DNA of 64,000 nucleotides. It comes from Mobula hypostoma. Its lineage: Eukaryota. Within the stretch, counting starts at the first letter, position 1. Every line of letters starts with the position of its first letter. The notes beneath the pieces are model-generated. The model saw nothing but the letters and a program-made list of their open reading frames with translations, did not search any database and was not told where the DNA came from. Location: positions 179,554,001 through 179,618,000 of the forward strand of contig NC_086097.1 in NCBI RefSeq assembly GCF_963921235.1. Reading direction: 5' to 3'. Shown piece by piece: positions 1 through 12,165 of the stretch. Both the position numbers and the translations under genes were made by a program.

Positions 1-598
1 CAGGCTCTCTCTCCCTCCTCCTAGTAAAGAGATAGAGAGGTGTCACTCAGCGAGGGGACGACATAACAAAACAACTCACTGTTTTACGGTGTCTGATCTT
101 AAACCTATGTCCCCATTTTTAGCAATTCCTTCCGGGGAAAAAAAGACTATATACTTACCCGCAGTCTGTGACTTTCAGGGTCTTATTTATTTCTGCCAGG
201 TTGCCCCTCAATCTGCTATGTTCCAGCAAATAGTCCTAGTCTATGCAATGTCTCCTCGTAACTCAGGCATCCAAATCCAAGCAACATCCTGGTAAATCGT
301 GCTAATCTTGCTCTTTTGGCCCAGCCCCTGGTAAAAGGACTTTTAAAGGAGTTCCCAAGAATTTATGTTCTTTTTCAGCCTTTATTGTCTAAGCTCATCA
401 ATGGATCCTTAAATGTCATTCCTTCTCAAATTATGTATCCAAATTCCCTTTGAATCCTAAATATGACCAAGGGAGAAATTTCATAATATGTGTGATTTTG
501 TAAAGGTATGAACAGGTATTAAACATATTGCTTTGTAATTAATGAAAAACTTTATCTAGGATATTTCAAAGAAAAGAGAACTAATTGGCAAAAAGATC

Positions 599-604
599 TT
601 TATT
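599..604 (-). promoter_or_regulatory. Polyadenylation signal AATAAA of the CABYR-like gene
   Basis: tttatt on + strand ~140 nt past the stop codon; a second AATAAA at 381-386. Confidence 0.55.
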
Positions 605-742
605 GCACACATTAATACAAGTTTCTTTAAAGTACCAGGTTTCACTATCGTAACTTATTGTCTTCAGCCTTTTTTTCTTAAGTTTTTGCTTAAGAAGAAG
701 GTTGGAAGAAGGTAGGATGAAATGTTGTCCTGGTTCTGTAAT

Positions 743-1746
743 TTAATCTTCTTTTACTTCTACTTCCACTTCTAGTTCTGGATCTGGAGTTTTTGCTCCT
801 GGACTTGTTGTTTCTGGTGTCTTTGCATCTGGGGTTGCTGCTTCCAGTGTCTTTGTACCTGACGCAGCTACTTCTGGTGTCATTGCTCCTGGTGATGTTT
901 CTCCAGGTGTTATTACCCCCGGTGTCGTTGCTTCTGGTGATTTTGCACCGGGTGTCATTACTTCTGGTGATTTTGCTTCTAGTGTTGCTGCCCCAGGTGT
1001 TGATGTTCCTGGTGATTTTGCTCCAGGTGTTGTTATTCCTGGTGATTTTGCTCCAGGTGTAGTTGCTCCTGGTGTTGTTACCCCAGGTGTCGTTGTTTCT
1101 GGGGATTTTGCCCCAGGTGTTCTTAGTCCTGGAGATACTACTCCAGGTGTCGTTCTTTCTGGGGATTTTGCTGCTGGTGATTTTGCTTCTGGGGATTTTG
1201 CCCCAGGTGTAGTTGCTCCTGGAGATGTTAATGCAGGTGTTGTTGTTCCTGGGGATTTTGCCCCAGGTGTAGTTGCTCCTGGAAATGTTAATGCAGGTAT
1301 TGTTGTTTCTGGAGATTTTGCTTCTGGTGATGCTGCTTTTGTGCTCTCTGCGGTAGGTTCTGCTCCTTGGCGTTGTTTCCCTTCTGCACTTTGCTCCTTG
1401 GACATAACATCAGCAAGATTTTTAATACTGCCAATCAGATCATCCATTTTAGTTCCCAATTTATCAATTCTACCATATACTAGTTTAAAGCCCTTATCAA
1501 CAAGGCAGGGTAATTGTTTGTCATTTCCGTCAGCATCCTTTCCCTCTGGACAAGATGCAATAAGATCCTCTTCTGCAGAATCAGTCTCTGCAGCTGCTGC
1601 TGGTTTTGAAGAACTTTCTTCTAGAGGGCAAACTGCACTGGAGTCTGATGTTCTCCCAGTGGGCGAAGGTGTTGAAGCCTCATCTTTACTAGATGAATGT
1701 AATGGGCAACTATCACCATCATCAGACTTTTCAGACTCCTGAATAC
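743..1746 (-). CDS. CABYR: CABYR-like gene, terminal coding exon (acidic CPL motifs, short amphipathic helix, S/T-P-G pentapeptide repeats)
   Basis: Acceptor gctttccaatatag|GT at 1748/1747 is phase 1, compatible with the 5360 donor; open to TAA at 743-745; AATAAA ~140 nt downstream. Confidence 0.7.
775..1335 (-). repeat. Coding 15-bp tandem repeat (xK/T-S/T-P-G/E pentapeptide)
   Basis: Recurrent ttttgc(t/c)ccaggtgt / gttgctcctgg units; translation AKSPG/ATTPG/TTTPG/AKSPE. Confidence 0.9.
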
Positions 1747-2149
1747 CTATATTGGAAAGCAAACATCATGTGAATGGAACCAAAATTCACATAAACAACA
1801 CTAACCATAACAAAGACAAAAGAACGACTTATGGATGGAGCTGCAAGTTTTTGCAGAGGGTGTCCCAACAGCGTGATTACTGGAATGATTGTGTGATCAA
1901 TGAGGTGAAACCTAGCTTGGGACAAGATATTGATGGTAGAGTTTTGAACATGTGGAGTTTGTATCCAAGCAAATCGAATGGAGTGCTAAGGAGCACAGCT
2001 TAACCTCAGGTCATAGACTTTTTCCTAAAATATATTTTCTTAAAGTTACATTGTGCAGCACATAGTTTCAGCAGCCACTGAGCTGGGGTAGGGAAAGAAA
2101 ATATCTGGAAGTAGAATTGCTAATGGATAACTGACTACGGAAATAGTAG

Positions 2150-2530
2150 ATGTGTGACTCATCTCAGTATCAAACATATTAAAGCTCCCTTTGGTTCCCC
2201 TCCTCTTTCTCTTTCTTCCATGATTCAGTCTTCTCCTATCTTTAGGATTCCTTCTTCTTTCGACTTTTATCTCTTCCACCTATCTCTCCCAGCTTCTTAC
2301 TTCATTCCCCCTCTCCCAACAACCCACCTTCTCCCTCACCTGGTCTCATCTATCACCTGCCAGTTTGTACTCCTCCCCACCCCCTTCTTATTCTAGCTTC
2401 TGCCCCCTTCCTTCCATCTAATCCTGATGAAGGGGCTAAACCTTAAACACAGATTGTGTATTCCCCTCCATAGATACTGCCTGACTTGCTGAGTTTCTCC
2501 AGCATTTCAAGATTTCCAGCATCTATAAAA
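2150..2530 (+). mobile_element. Degenerate Penelope-like element 3' end
   Basis: Pyrimidine-rich tract followed by cctgatgaaggg...ctgcctgacttgctgagtttctccagca, the same terminal motif seen at 18500-18620, 28710-28800 and elsewhere. Confidence 0.6.
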
Positions 2531-2927
2531 TCCTTTGTGTTTAAAAATCACAACTAGACTGATTTATAGATTTAGGGCATGGGGAAAAAAGAACAAGAGG
2601 GGATTCTGAGGGGAATCTTTTCTAATCAGAGAATGCTGGGATATTTGTGGAAGCAGCCACTAGCAGCACTTAAGAGGTGTCCAGGAAAGTCCTTGAATTG
2701 TCAAGCATAGAAGGCTGTGGACCAACCATTGGAAAATGGAATTAATACAGACAAGTGCCCACTAGCCTGTGTGGATGTAATGGGCCATATGGCCTTTTTC
2801 CATGTTGTAGGACTACGAATCTAACAATATCCAAATCCCACTCATGTTATTTGTATCTTAGCAGGAGGCCTTTAGAAAACAGCATTTCATTTCCTCTGAT
2901 CATTCAGCATTCTAAAGCAAACAATCC

Positions 2928-3004
2928 TGTGTGTGTGTGTGTGTGTGTGTGTGTTGAGTGAGACAGAGAGCAAGAGGGAAAGCAGAGAGAGTGAGTGAGA
3001 GAGA
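2928..3004. repeat. (GT)n / (GA)n microsatellite
   Basis: Direct reading. Confidence 0.9.
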
Positions 3005-4229
3005 AAATGCAAAATTCAAACGAGCTCCATTTTTTCTAATTTTTTCAAAGAATGTGAGTGTTGTTGCCAAGACAGGTTCTCACCCCACTTGGCCCAGTAC
3101 TGTCAGTTATGTAATCAATTTACGGCCACACTGATGCAGGGCAGGAGGATTCTTTATAGTGGTTATTTATAATGAACTGTTATTATGCAGATACAATTCA
3201 GAATGTTTAAGAGCTACCCTCACAGGCAGCACTCCCAAATCAGGCAGAGTAACTGCAATGAACCAGTCAACTTCTTTCTAATCACAAACCAGCAGCTTCA
3301 CTGTAACTTTAGTGGTATCAGCTATTTAATGAAATTGAATTAAAACTCTCAAATTGCAAATTTGGGATTTGAAACCATGTCTCCAGATCATTAGCCCAAT
3401 AATATGCCAACAAGAAAGCCATCAAATGTTTCAAAGAAGAAAATCATATTGCTGAATGACATTTGGATGCTAGGATATGATTTCTATCATATCACTTATC
3501 CTCATTAAAATTATTAAGCTAAATGATTTGATTTAAATCTAGAACCATGTAGGTGAATCTGCAAAGTACCCATCTAATTGCAAAGTTTCCCAGAGATTCA
3601 GTATCTAAAATTACTTGTTTTATTCCAGTCCTACTTCAGCAAGTTCAAGAACACCTATTTCCTTTCAGCCATTCATTTCTTCAACCAACCAGCATAACCC
3701 TAGTCACTACCTCAGCACAGCAACACTATGTCCACTTTGTACTATAATTGTCTTTTAATTCTAATTGTGTCCTTTGTTGTATAATTTATGTTTTTCTTGT
3801 GAATGTCATGTCTGGACTGTTGCTGCAAGTAAATTTTTTTATTGAACCTGTGCATAAATGCAGATGTGCAGATGGTAATAAACTCGACTTTGACAGATAG
3901 GATCTGACCAATGCTTTAAAGCATCACCATCACTTAGTTCCCAATTCTTATGAAACTGAATCTCATTTAGCTTTTAGTCATTCCTGTACATAGGTGTTTA
4001 AGTATCTTTACTATAACATAATTTATGGTCTCTCTGTGGCTTCACTCAGTAAATTCCATGCCTCACATTTGTTAGTTTTCCAGTTTAACTGTAACCATGC
4101 AACTTACGGTACATCCAAATTTAGTTTCCCCTGGAAATTTAAATATACTGCTTTGTTCCCTCAGCAATGCTTTTCTACAAAAGATCTTAAACTTCATGTA
4201 TTTGAGCAATTTTTTTCTCTAGTTTAAGA

Positions 4230-4480
4230 GAAATTTTAAAGAAGGTGTACAAGTCAAGTTGTTTTTTTTCTTTACACAGAGAGTGGTAGGTGCCTGGAAT
4301 GGGCTGCCAGGAGAAGTAGCGGAAGCAGAAACAACAGTGATGTTTAAGAGGCTGCTGGACTGATACAAATATGCAGGGAATAGAGGGATATGGGCCATGT
4401 CCAGGCAGAGGCAATTTTGCATCATGATCGGTGAAGACATCATGGGCTGAATGGCCTATTCCTGTGCTGTAATGTTCTAT
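4230..4480 (+). mobile_element. CR1 LINE 3' fragment
   Basis: FFTQRVVGAWNGLP-type CR1 ORF2 C-terminus plus gggctgaatggcctattcctgtgctgtaatgttctat tail. Confidence 0.75.
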
Positions 4481-5360
4481 ATAATATTTCCCTAACATTG
4501 TACCACAAGCTATAATTGGAACAGAAGGACAACATGCACTTATAAAAGGATCTGTCCTGGGTTCAAAGTCAACAGAATTATAAATTCCTGGCAGGCTGAA
4601 AAGCCAACCTAGATCAGAGAAGGCCTAGTAGTTTTTAATAGTGTGACTTCATTAACAAATTGCAAGCCACTCTCCCAATCAGAACGATCTTAAGATTAGC
4701 GGAAACTGACGGCATGGCCTTTGTAATCACAGGATTAGAGAACGGAGAGAAGTGATCATACATTAAGGGAATTCTTTGTGAAAGGATGGTGTTGTGCAGT
4801 AGACATGTTCAGTGGATGGGAATGCCCAGCTTTACCACTGGAAGCCCAGTGAGCATTCCTGCATCATCTATGTTTGGATTCTGGATTAATTTTCTGGCAA
4901 TTCTGACTAGCTGAGACACTAACATACCAACACTCTTGATGGCCTAGGTTTACAACTGCATTGGGGCCGATGCTATAACTATGATTTCATATTTTTAATT
5001 GTTTTCTGCCCTTTTCTTAATGTTACCTTAAACCCCCAAACTGAAACAAAAGGATATGTTAGGAGAATGTGTATTAGTCACAGCAACATTCAGGCAAGTT
5101 TTAAATTCAAAGCAGATATGTGGTTTTAAGTGAGTGACTCTGTCAGGTACAAATTTGAAACTTTAAATCAGTTGGATCAGATTGAAAGTAAATCATAATT
5201 TCTCCAATCCAGATTCACTGCTAGTATCTCCCTTCCCTTTTGTTAGACAATGTTAGGGTTCATTGGTCATTAGAAGCTGATAACTGATCAACTTGTTTTT
5301 TCTTATGTTCAGAAACATTTGTTCAATCATTTAATCTTCAGATATTTGCATCTTGCTTAC

Positions 5361-8300
5361 CGGCATCTGCTTCACTGGTGCACATTTTTTCTTGTGCATC
5401 TTCTTCTGATCTCCCACATACAGAATCTGTAGAGCTATGATAGGATGTATCTTCTTCATACAGAGGACAGGGAGATACTTCCTCTGCTTTGTTGTCTTCT
5501 TCTGCAGCCTCCTCAAGAGGACATACATCACTCTCTGTCTCTTCTTTAGGTTGAGCTGCTTTATCACAAACTGTTCCTGATTCATCCTTCAAATGGATTT
5601 CTGACACTTGGTGAATTGTGGATTCATGGTAAGTTACAGGATCAACACATGTTGCTGAATCACTGTAGTTCACAATGCAACATTTTGTGGAAAGATGCAT
5701 GAAAATAGGCTTATTGGTGGGAACTGTGTCATAATTACCTCCAACAGGACTTCCTTGATTAAAGGGTGGAGCCTTGCATATACTGTTCTGTGGACTGAAA
5801 GTTGTTGATGGATCAGTTGATGTGCTATACTGTGGACCAGCTGCAGAAGATGAAGCTTTATACAAACACTGCAAAGTGGGAACCTGACTGTCTCGACCAC
5901 TTCTTAAATTTTGACTAGAGCCTTTTGAAATGCATTCTGCACATACTCCACATGGTTTAAATTCTTGACTAGTGGACACATCCTTTTTACATTGATCACA
6001 TGAATGTTCTTGACGATCAAATGAGACACTGCGGCTTGGACCAGATGAGTAATCTTGACAAGTAGATGATGACTTTTTACACTGATCACACGAGTGTTCC
6101 TGAAAACTAGAAGAGGCATTGCAACTTACAGCTGAGTTAAAGTCTTGATGAGCAGATGACTCGCTCTGGCATTGATCACATGTGTGCTCTTGACAAACAG
6201 ATGATGCTTCACCTGTTGGAGCTGATGAATAACCTTGAGTAGAAGATACCTTCCTGCAGAAGTCACATGTATGATCTTGACAACTAGAAGAGGCATTGGT
6301 ACTCGGAGCAGATGAATAATCTTGACAAGTGGAGGACACCTTCCTACATTGATCACATGAATGGTCTTGGCAACTACTTGAGGCATTAATACTTCGACCA
6401 GATGAATAATCTTGACAAGTGGAGGACACCTTCCTGCACTGATCACAAGAAGGATCCTGACAGCTATATGAGGCATTTATACTTGGAACAGATGAAAAAT
6501 CAGGTTGTGTGGAGGACACCTTCCTACACTGATCACAAGAATGGTCTTGACAACTTGATGAGGCATTTGCACTTGCAGCAAATGAAAAACCTTGACCAGA
6601 TGAAGATGCTTTTCTACACTGATCACATGAATGTTCCTGACAACCAGTTGAGAGGTCACTACTTGGAACAGACAAAAACTGTTGAGAGGTGGATGACTTT
6701 TTCTTGCACTGATTGCATGAAGGGTCTTGGCAGCCTGTTGAGAGGTCACCACTTGGAACAGACAAGAACTGTTGATTGGTAGACGACTTCTTACATAGGT
6801 CACATGAATGTTCCTCACAAATAGGTGAGAGATCACCACTTGGAGCAGATGAAACCCACTGAGAGGTTGATGATGGTTTCTTACATTGATCACAAGAATG
6901 TTCTTGACAACTAGCTGATACGTCACCACTTGGAGCAGTAAAGACAGTTGAACAAGTGGATGACTTCTTCTTGCATTGATCACATGAAGGGTCTTGGCAG
7001 CCACTTGGAGCAGATGATAACTGTTGATTGGAAGATGGCTTCTTCTTACATAGGTCACATGAATGTTCCTCACAACTAGCTGAAAGATCACCACTAGGAG
7101 CAGATGAAGCCCGTTGAGAGGTTGATGATTTCTTACACTGATCACATGAATGTTCTCCACAAACAGATGTGAAGTCACCACTAGCTGCAGATGATAACCC
7201 TTGAACAGTCGATGACTTTTTACATTGATCACATGAATGTTCTTCACAGATTGATGAGAGATTGCCACTTGGAGCAGACAAAAACTGTTGACTGCTCACT
7301 GACTTCTTTTTGCATAGATCACATGAATGTTCCTCACAAGCAGGTGAGACATTGCCACTTGGGGCAGAGGATCTTTGTTGATGAGTGTCTGACTTCTTAC
7401 ATTGATCACATGAATGTTCTTCACAAACAGCTGAGACTTTGCCACTTGGAGCTGAGGATACTTGTTGAGTATCTGACTTCTTGCACTGATCGCATGAATG
7501 TTCTTCACAGACTGGTGAGAGATTACCACTTGGAGCAGACGAAAAGTGTTGACTGCTCACTGACTTCTTCTTGCATAGATCGCATGAATGTTCCTCACAT
7601 GCGGGTGAGACATTGCCACTTGCAGCAGAGGGTAATGGTTGAATATCTGATTTATTGCATTGATCACATGAATGTTCTTCACAAACAACTGAGACATTGC
7701 CAACTGAAGCTGAGGATACTTGCTGAGTATCTGACTTCTTACATTGATCGCATGAATGCTCCTCACAAACAGCTGAAACATCACTACTTGGAGCAGAGGC
7801 TGATTGTTGAGGAGTTGATGACTTTTTACATTGATCACAAGAATGATCCTCACAAACTATCGAGACCTTGCCACTTGGAGCAGAGGCTGATTGTTGATCT
7901 GTTGATGACTTTTTGCATTGATCACATGAATGTTCTTCACAAACAGCCGAAACTTTGCCACTTGGAGATGAGGATATTTGTTGATCAGTAGATGATGTTT
8001 TGCATTGATCACATGAATGTTCTTCACAAACAGCTGAGACCTTGTCACTTGGAGATGAGGATACTTGTTGATGAGTGTCTGACTTCTTACATTGATCACA
8101 TGAATGTTCTTCACAAACAGCTGAGACCTTCCCACTTGGAGATGAGGATATTTGTTGATCTGTTGATGACTGTTTGCATTGATCACATGAATGTTCTTCA
8201 CAAACAGCCGAGACCTTGTCACTTGGAGATGAAGATACTTGTTGATCAGTAGATGATGTTTTACATTGATCACATGAATGATCTTCACAAACAACTGAGA

Positions 8301-10019
8301 TATCACCACTTGGAGAAGTTGCTTGTTGAGTTGACTTTTTACACAAATCACATGAATGTTCCTCACAGACTGCTGAGACATCACCACTTGAAGCAGAGGA
8401 TAATTGTGGAAGACTAGCTAACCCCTGGTTACATTTATCATATGAATGCTCTTTACAAACAGCTAAGACATCACCACTTGCAGCAGAAGATAACTTCTTA
8501 CAAGAAAATAACTTCTTGCATTGATCGCATATATGTTCATTACAAACAGCTGAGACATCGCCACTTGCACCAGATGACAGCAATTGATATGATGGCATCG
8601 TTTTACATTCATCATCTGTGATTCCACCACTTGTAGACATTTTTTCTTGAGTCATAAGTGCAGCCTCTTTACAATGCTCACATGAATGTTGTTCACAAAA
8701 AGATGTCACATTGCCAGAAGGAGCCATCTGAACTTGATGAATGGATGGTACCTTCTTGCATTGATCACATGAATGATCCTCACAAACAGATATGATCTCA
8801 CCAGTTGCAACAGCTGACAATGGTGGAAACTGTCGAGATAATGAAGTCTCAACAGCAATTGATTGATAACCAGACTTATCCTCAATTGATGGAGGACAAG
8901 AATCATATCTAAGAGGTGCTGATTGTTGGCTGATTAATGGATATTGAGGAGATGTGGTCTGTTGATAAACAGGTGGAGACCTTCCACTATATTGAGATGA
9001 TAAGGGCTGGTAAACAACAGAAGACATATTTGCATATTGAGGAGCTGCTTGATAGTAAGGTTGAAATGGAGATGGTATGGGCTGTGAGTAAACTGGTGGA
9101 GACTGATATTGAGCTGTCATTGGTGGTTGGTAAGCAGATGGAGGTTTACTTTCATATTGAGATGTGGGTGGGGATGAAACTCGAGCAGGTGAGGATGTAA
9201 TCGAGGCAGGTGCCTGACACATTCCCAAGGTTTTGCTACTATAAAGAACAGGTGTAGGTTCTACTTGACGAGGTGAAGACACAGTCTGACGTACAGGTTC
9301 AGATGGTGGTGAAGCAGCCAATGTATTGGTGTCACATACAGCAGGTATAGATATTTGATGACTAGGTGATCTTGGTGGTTCATATGTGGGACGCATCATT
9401 TCTTGATGAACTGGTGAACTTTTAACCCCATAGTCATATGGAGCAAGTCCAGGTACAGGACCTTGACTAGGAGGCTGAGCCATAATCAGAGCTTCATATG
9501 GAATAGGAACAGGGACAGGGACAGGTTCTGGACGAAGTGTCGGAGCTAAAATCACTGGCTCTAATGGAGCAGGTATAGCTTCTTGAGCAAAGTATGGGGC
9601 CCTCATATAGGAGTCATATGGAGCAGATATGATTTCTTGATAATATGGAGCCCTAATTAGAGGCTCACATGGAATAGGTACTGGTTCATGACAAACATAT
9701 GGTGCCCTAATCATAGGTTCATAGGAAACAGGTGGGGCTCCTTGACAAACATATGGTGCCCTACGGAAATTCTCTCCTGGAGCTAATACAGTTTCTTGAC
9801 AAGGAGCAGTTTCATTTGCAACTGGGGTAACTTGCTGCTGTACGGAAGGTTGCCTTGTCATTGACATAGATGTTGAGGCTTCATGTTGAGTAGGAGGAGC
9901 TTTCTCTGCAAGGATTTTTGACATAATTTCCTGATTAATAAGTGAAGAATCCTTTGACACTGATTTAACATGTTGATCCTCAGAGACTGTTCGATGTGCC
10001 TTTCTATCAGTACTTCCAG
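5361..10019 (-). CDS. CABYR: CABYR-like gene, giant third coding exon (4659 nt; Pro/Tyr repeats, ~32 Cys/His repeats, acidic tail)
   Basis: Pyrimidine-rich acceptor ...caatag|CTGG at 10021/10020. Phase 1 joins the 54-nt exon in frame with ORF 5338..9960. Strong donor GCCG|gtaagc at 5360. Without that splice the frame stops at 5338-5340. Confidence 0.8.
5980..8790 (-). repeat. Coding ~84-90 bp tandem repeat, ~32 units, core C-E-E-H-S-C-D-Q-C-K-K
   Basis: cattgatcacatgaatgttcttcacaa and variants recur every ~87 nt; 32 motif copies counted in the translation. Confidence 0.95.
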
Positions 10020-12165
10020 CTATTGTGATTTGTAAAGAAAGAAGTAAAATTATTTTAGTTAAAGCAAGCTAAATAGCCAATGGTAATAAGTTTCATCATC
10101 ATAATGAATCTTTATTCACGGTTATCCACTAAACTTACATATAAAAACAAACTGCGGGTGAATTTTACAGAACTACAAAGAGGTTACAGCACAGAGACAG
10201 GCCATTTGTGCTATTTGATTTTTGCTGCTGTTTATGCTCCATAAATTCCTTCTCCTTCTTTTCAACATATCCTGTATTATTTTCTAATTCTTGCGTATGT
10301 CTAGCTTTCCTTTACATTCACCTACGCTATTTGTTTGAGCCATTCCATGTAACTTATGAAATTCTAAATTCTATCTACTTTCTGAGGAAAAACGTTTCCT
10401 TGATAGTTCCTTCAGTAATGGTATTAGCAATGTTTCCATTGAGGAAAGTTGTGGGGATACTGGTAACAGTGTATTCATGCCTTTAATAGGATTTCTCTGG
10501 TCTTCTTGTCATTTTGGAAAAGTTCACAGAATAGCCTGCTAGTCACCAATAATTTTGTGTACACTTACCCAGCTGAGTGTGGAGTGTCCTAGAGTTAACC
10601 TACTAATGGATTGACTAATGCACTCCTACTTCATACAGGCATTGCTGTCAGAGTCAACTGTTAAAGATAACAGTGAACCAAAACTTTGAAACAATAACTT
10701 TGGAGAGATTGAATATCTATTATTGGAGATATTTGAAAGTAGAAACAAATTTTTTTAAGACTTCTTTTTTTGTAATTCTACTTACAAGGTGCCTATAGTT
10801 GTTTATGGCTGTTTTTGATTATTGGAGCACCTGCAGATGCTTATACTTTATTGTCACCAAACAATTCATACTAGAACGTACAATCATCACAGCGATATTT
10901 GATTCTGCGCTTCCCACTCCCTGGATTACAAATATTAAATATTTAAAATATTAAAAATGAGTAAATATTAAAAATTTAAATTATAATTCATAAATAGAAA
11001 ATAGAAAAATGGAAAGTAAGGTAGTGCAAAAAAATCCGAGAGGCAGGTCCGGATATTTGGAGGGTACAGCCCAGATCCGGGTCAGGATCCCTTCAGCAGT
11101 CTTATCACAGTTAGAAAGAAGCTGTTCCCAAATCTGGCCGTACGAGTCTTCAAGCTCCTGTGCCTTCTCCCGGAGGGAAGAGGGGCGAAAAGTGTGTTGG
11201 CTGGTGGGTTGTGTCCTTGATTATCCTGACAGCACTGCTCGGACAGCTTGCAGTGTAAAGTGAGTCCAAAGACGGAAGATTGGTTTGTGTGATGTGCTGC
11301 GCCGTGTTCACGATCTTCTGCAGTTTCTTTTGGTCTTGGACAGGACAACTCCCATACTATTTTGTGATGCACCCTAGAAGAATGCTCTCTACGGTGCATC
11401 TATAAAAATTAGTGAGGGTTTTAGAGGACAGGCCAAATTTCTTTAGTTTTCTCAGGAAGTAAAGGCACCGGTAGGCCTTCTTGGCAGTGAACTCTGCTTG
11501 GTTGGACCAAGTCAGATCATTTGTGATATTGACCGCAAGGAACTTAAAGCTTTTGACCTGTTCCACTTGCACACCACCGATGTAAATTGGGTTGTGTGGT
11601 CCGCTACTCCTTCTGAAGTCAACAACCAATTCCTTCGCCTTGCTGACGTTGAGGGATAGGTTATTGTCTTCGCACCATGCCACCAGGTTCTTAATTTCCT
11701 CTCTGTACTCAAACTCATCATTACCGGAGATACAGCCTACAATTGTGGTGTCATCAGCAAACTTATATATTGAGCTTGATGGAAACTTGGCTACACAATC
11801 ATAGGTGTAAAGTGAGTACAGCAGGGGGCTGAGTACACAGCCTTGTGGGGCACTGGTGCTCAGAGTGATTGTAGAGGAGAGCTTGTCCTCTATTTTTACA
11901 GCCTGGGTCCTGTCTATGAGGAAGTTGAAGATCCAGCTGCAGATCTGAGTGCTAAGGCCCAGGTTCCGGAGCTTAGGAATCAGTTTATTTGGAATGATGG
12001 TATTAAAGGCAGAGCTGTAGTCAATGAAAAGGAGCCTTACATATGCGTCTTCATTCTCCAGGTGTTCTAAAGAGGAATGTAGGGCCAGAAAGATGGCATC
12101 TGCCGTTGACCTGTTGCTCTGGTAGGCGAATTGAAAAGCGTCGAGGTTGACCAGGAGGCTGTGGT

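Noticed and set aside
793..1742. Plus-strand Leu/Val-rich and Ser-rich ORFs
   Set aside because: Antisense shadows of the terminal CABYR exon.
6126..8387. Long alternative-frame and antisense ORFs (e.g. 6477..7268, 7191..7991, 7857..8387)
   Set aside because: By-products of the tandem repeat, broken by stops, with no splice or homology support.
5980..8790. CRISPR-like appearance (conserved ~27-nt core with variable spacers)
   Set aside because: The spacers are homologous to each other, unit lengths preserve the reading frame, the array lies in a spliced vertebrate exon, and no cas genes are present.
5338..9960. Single-exon 1540-aa gene starting at the ORF-track start (keratin-associated or metallothionein-like)
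   Set aside because: The track start is a GTG; the frame continues to a splice acceptor at 10020 that is in phase with the RIIa exons.
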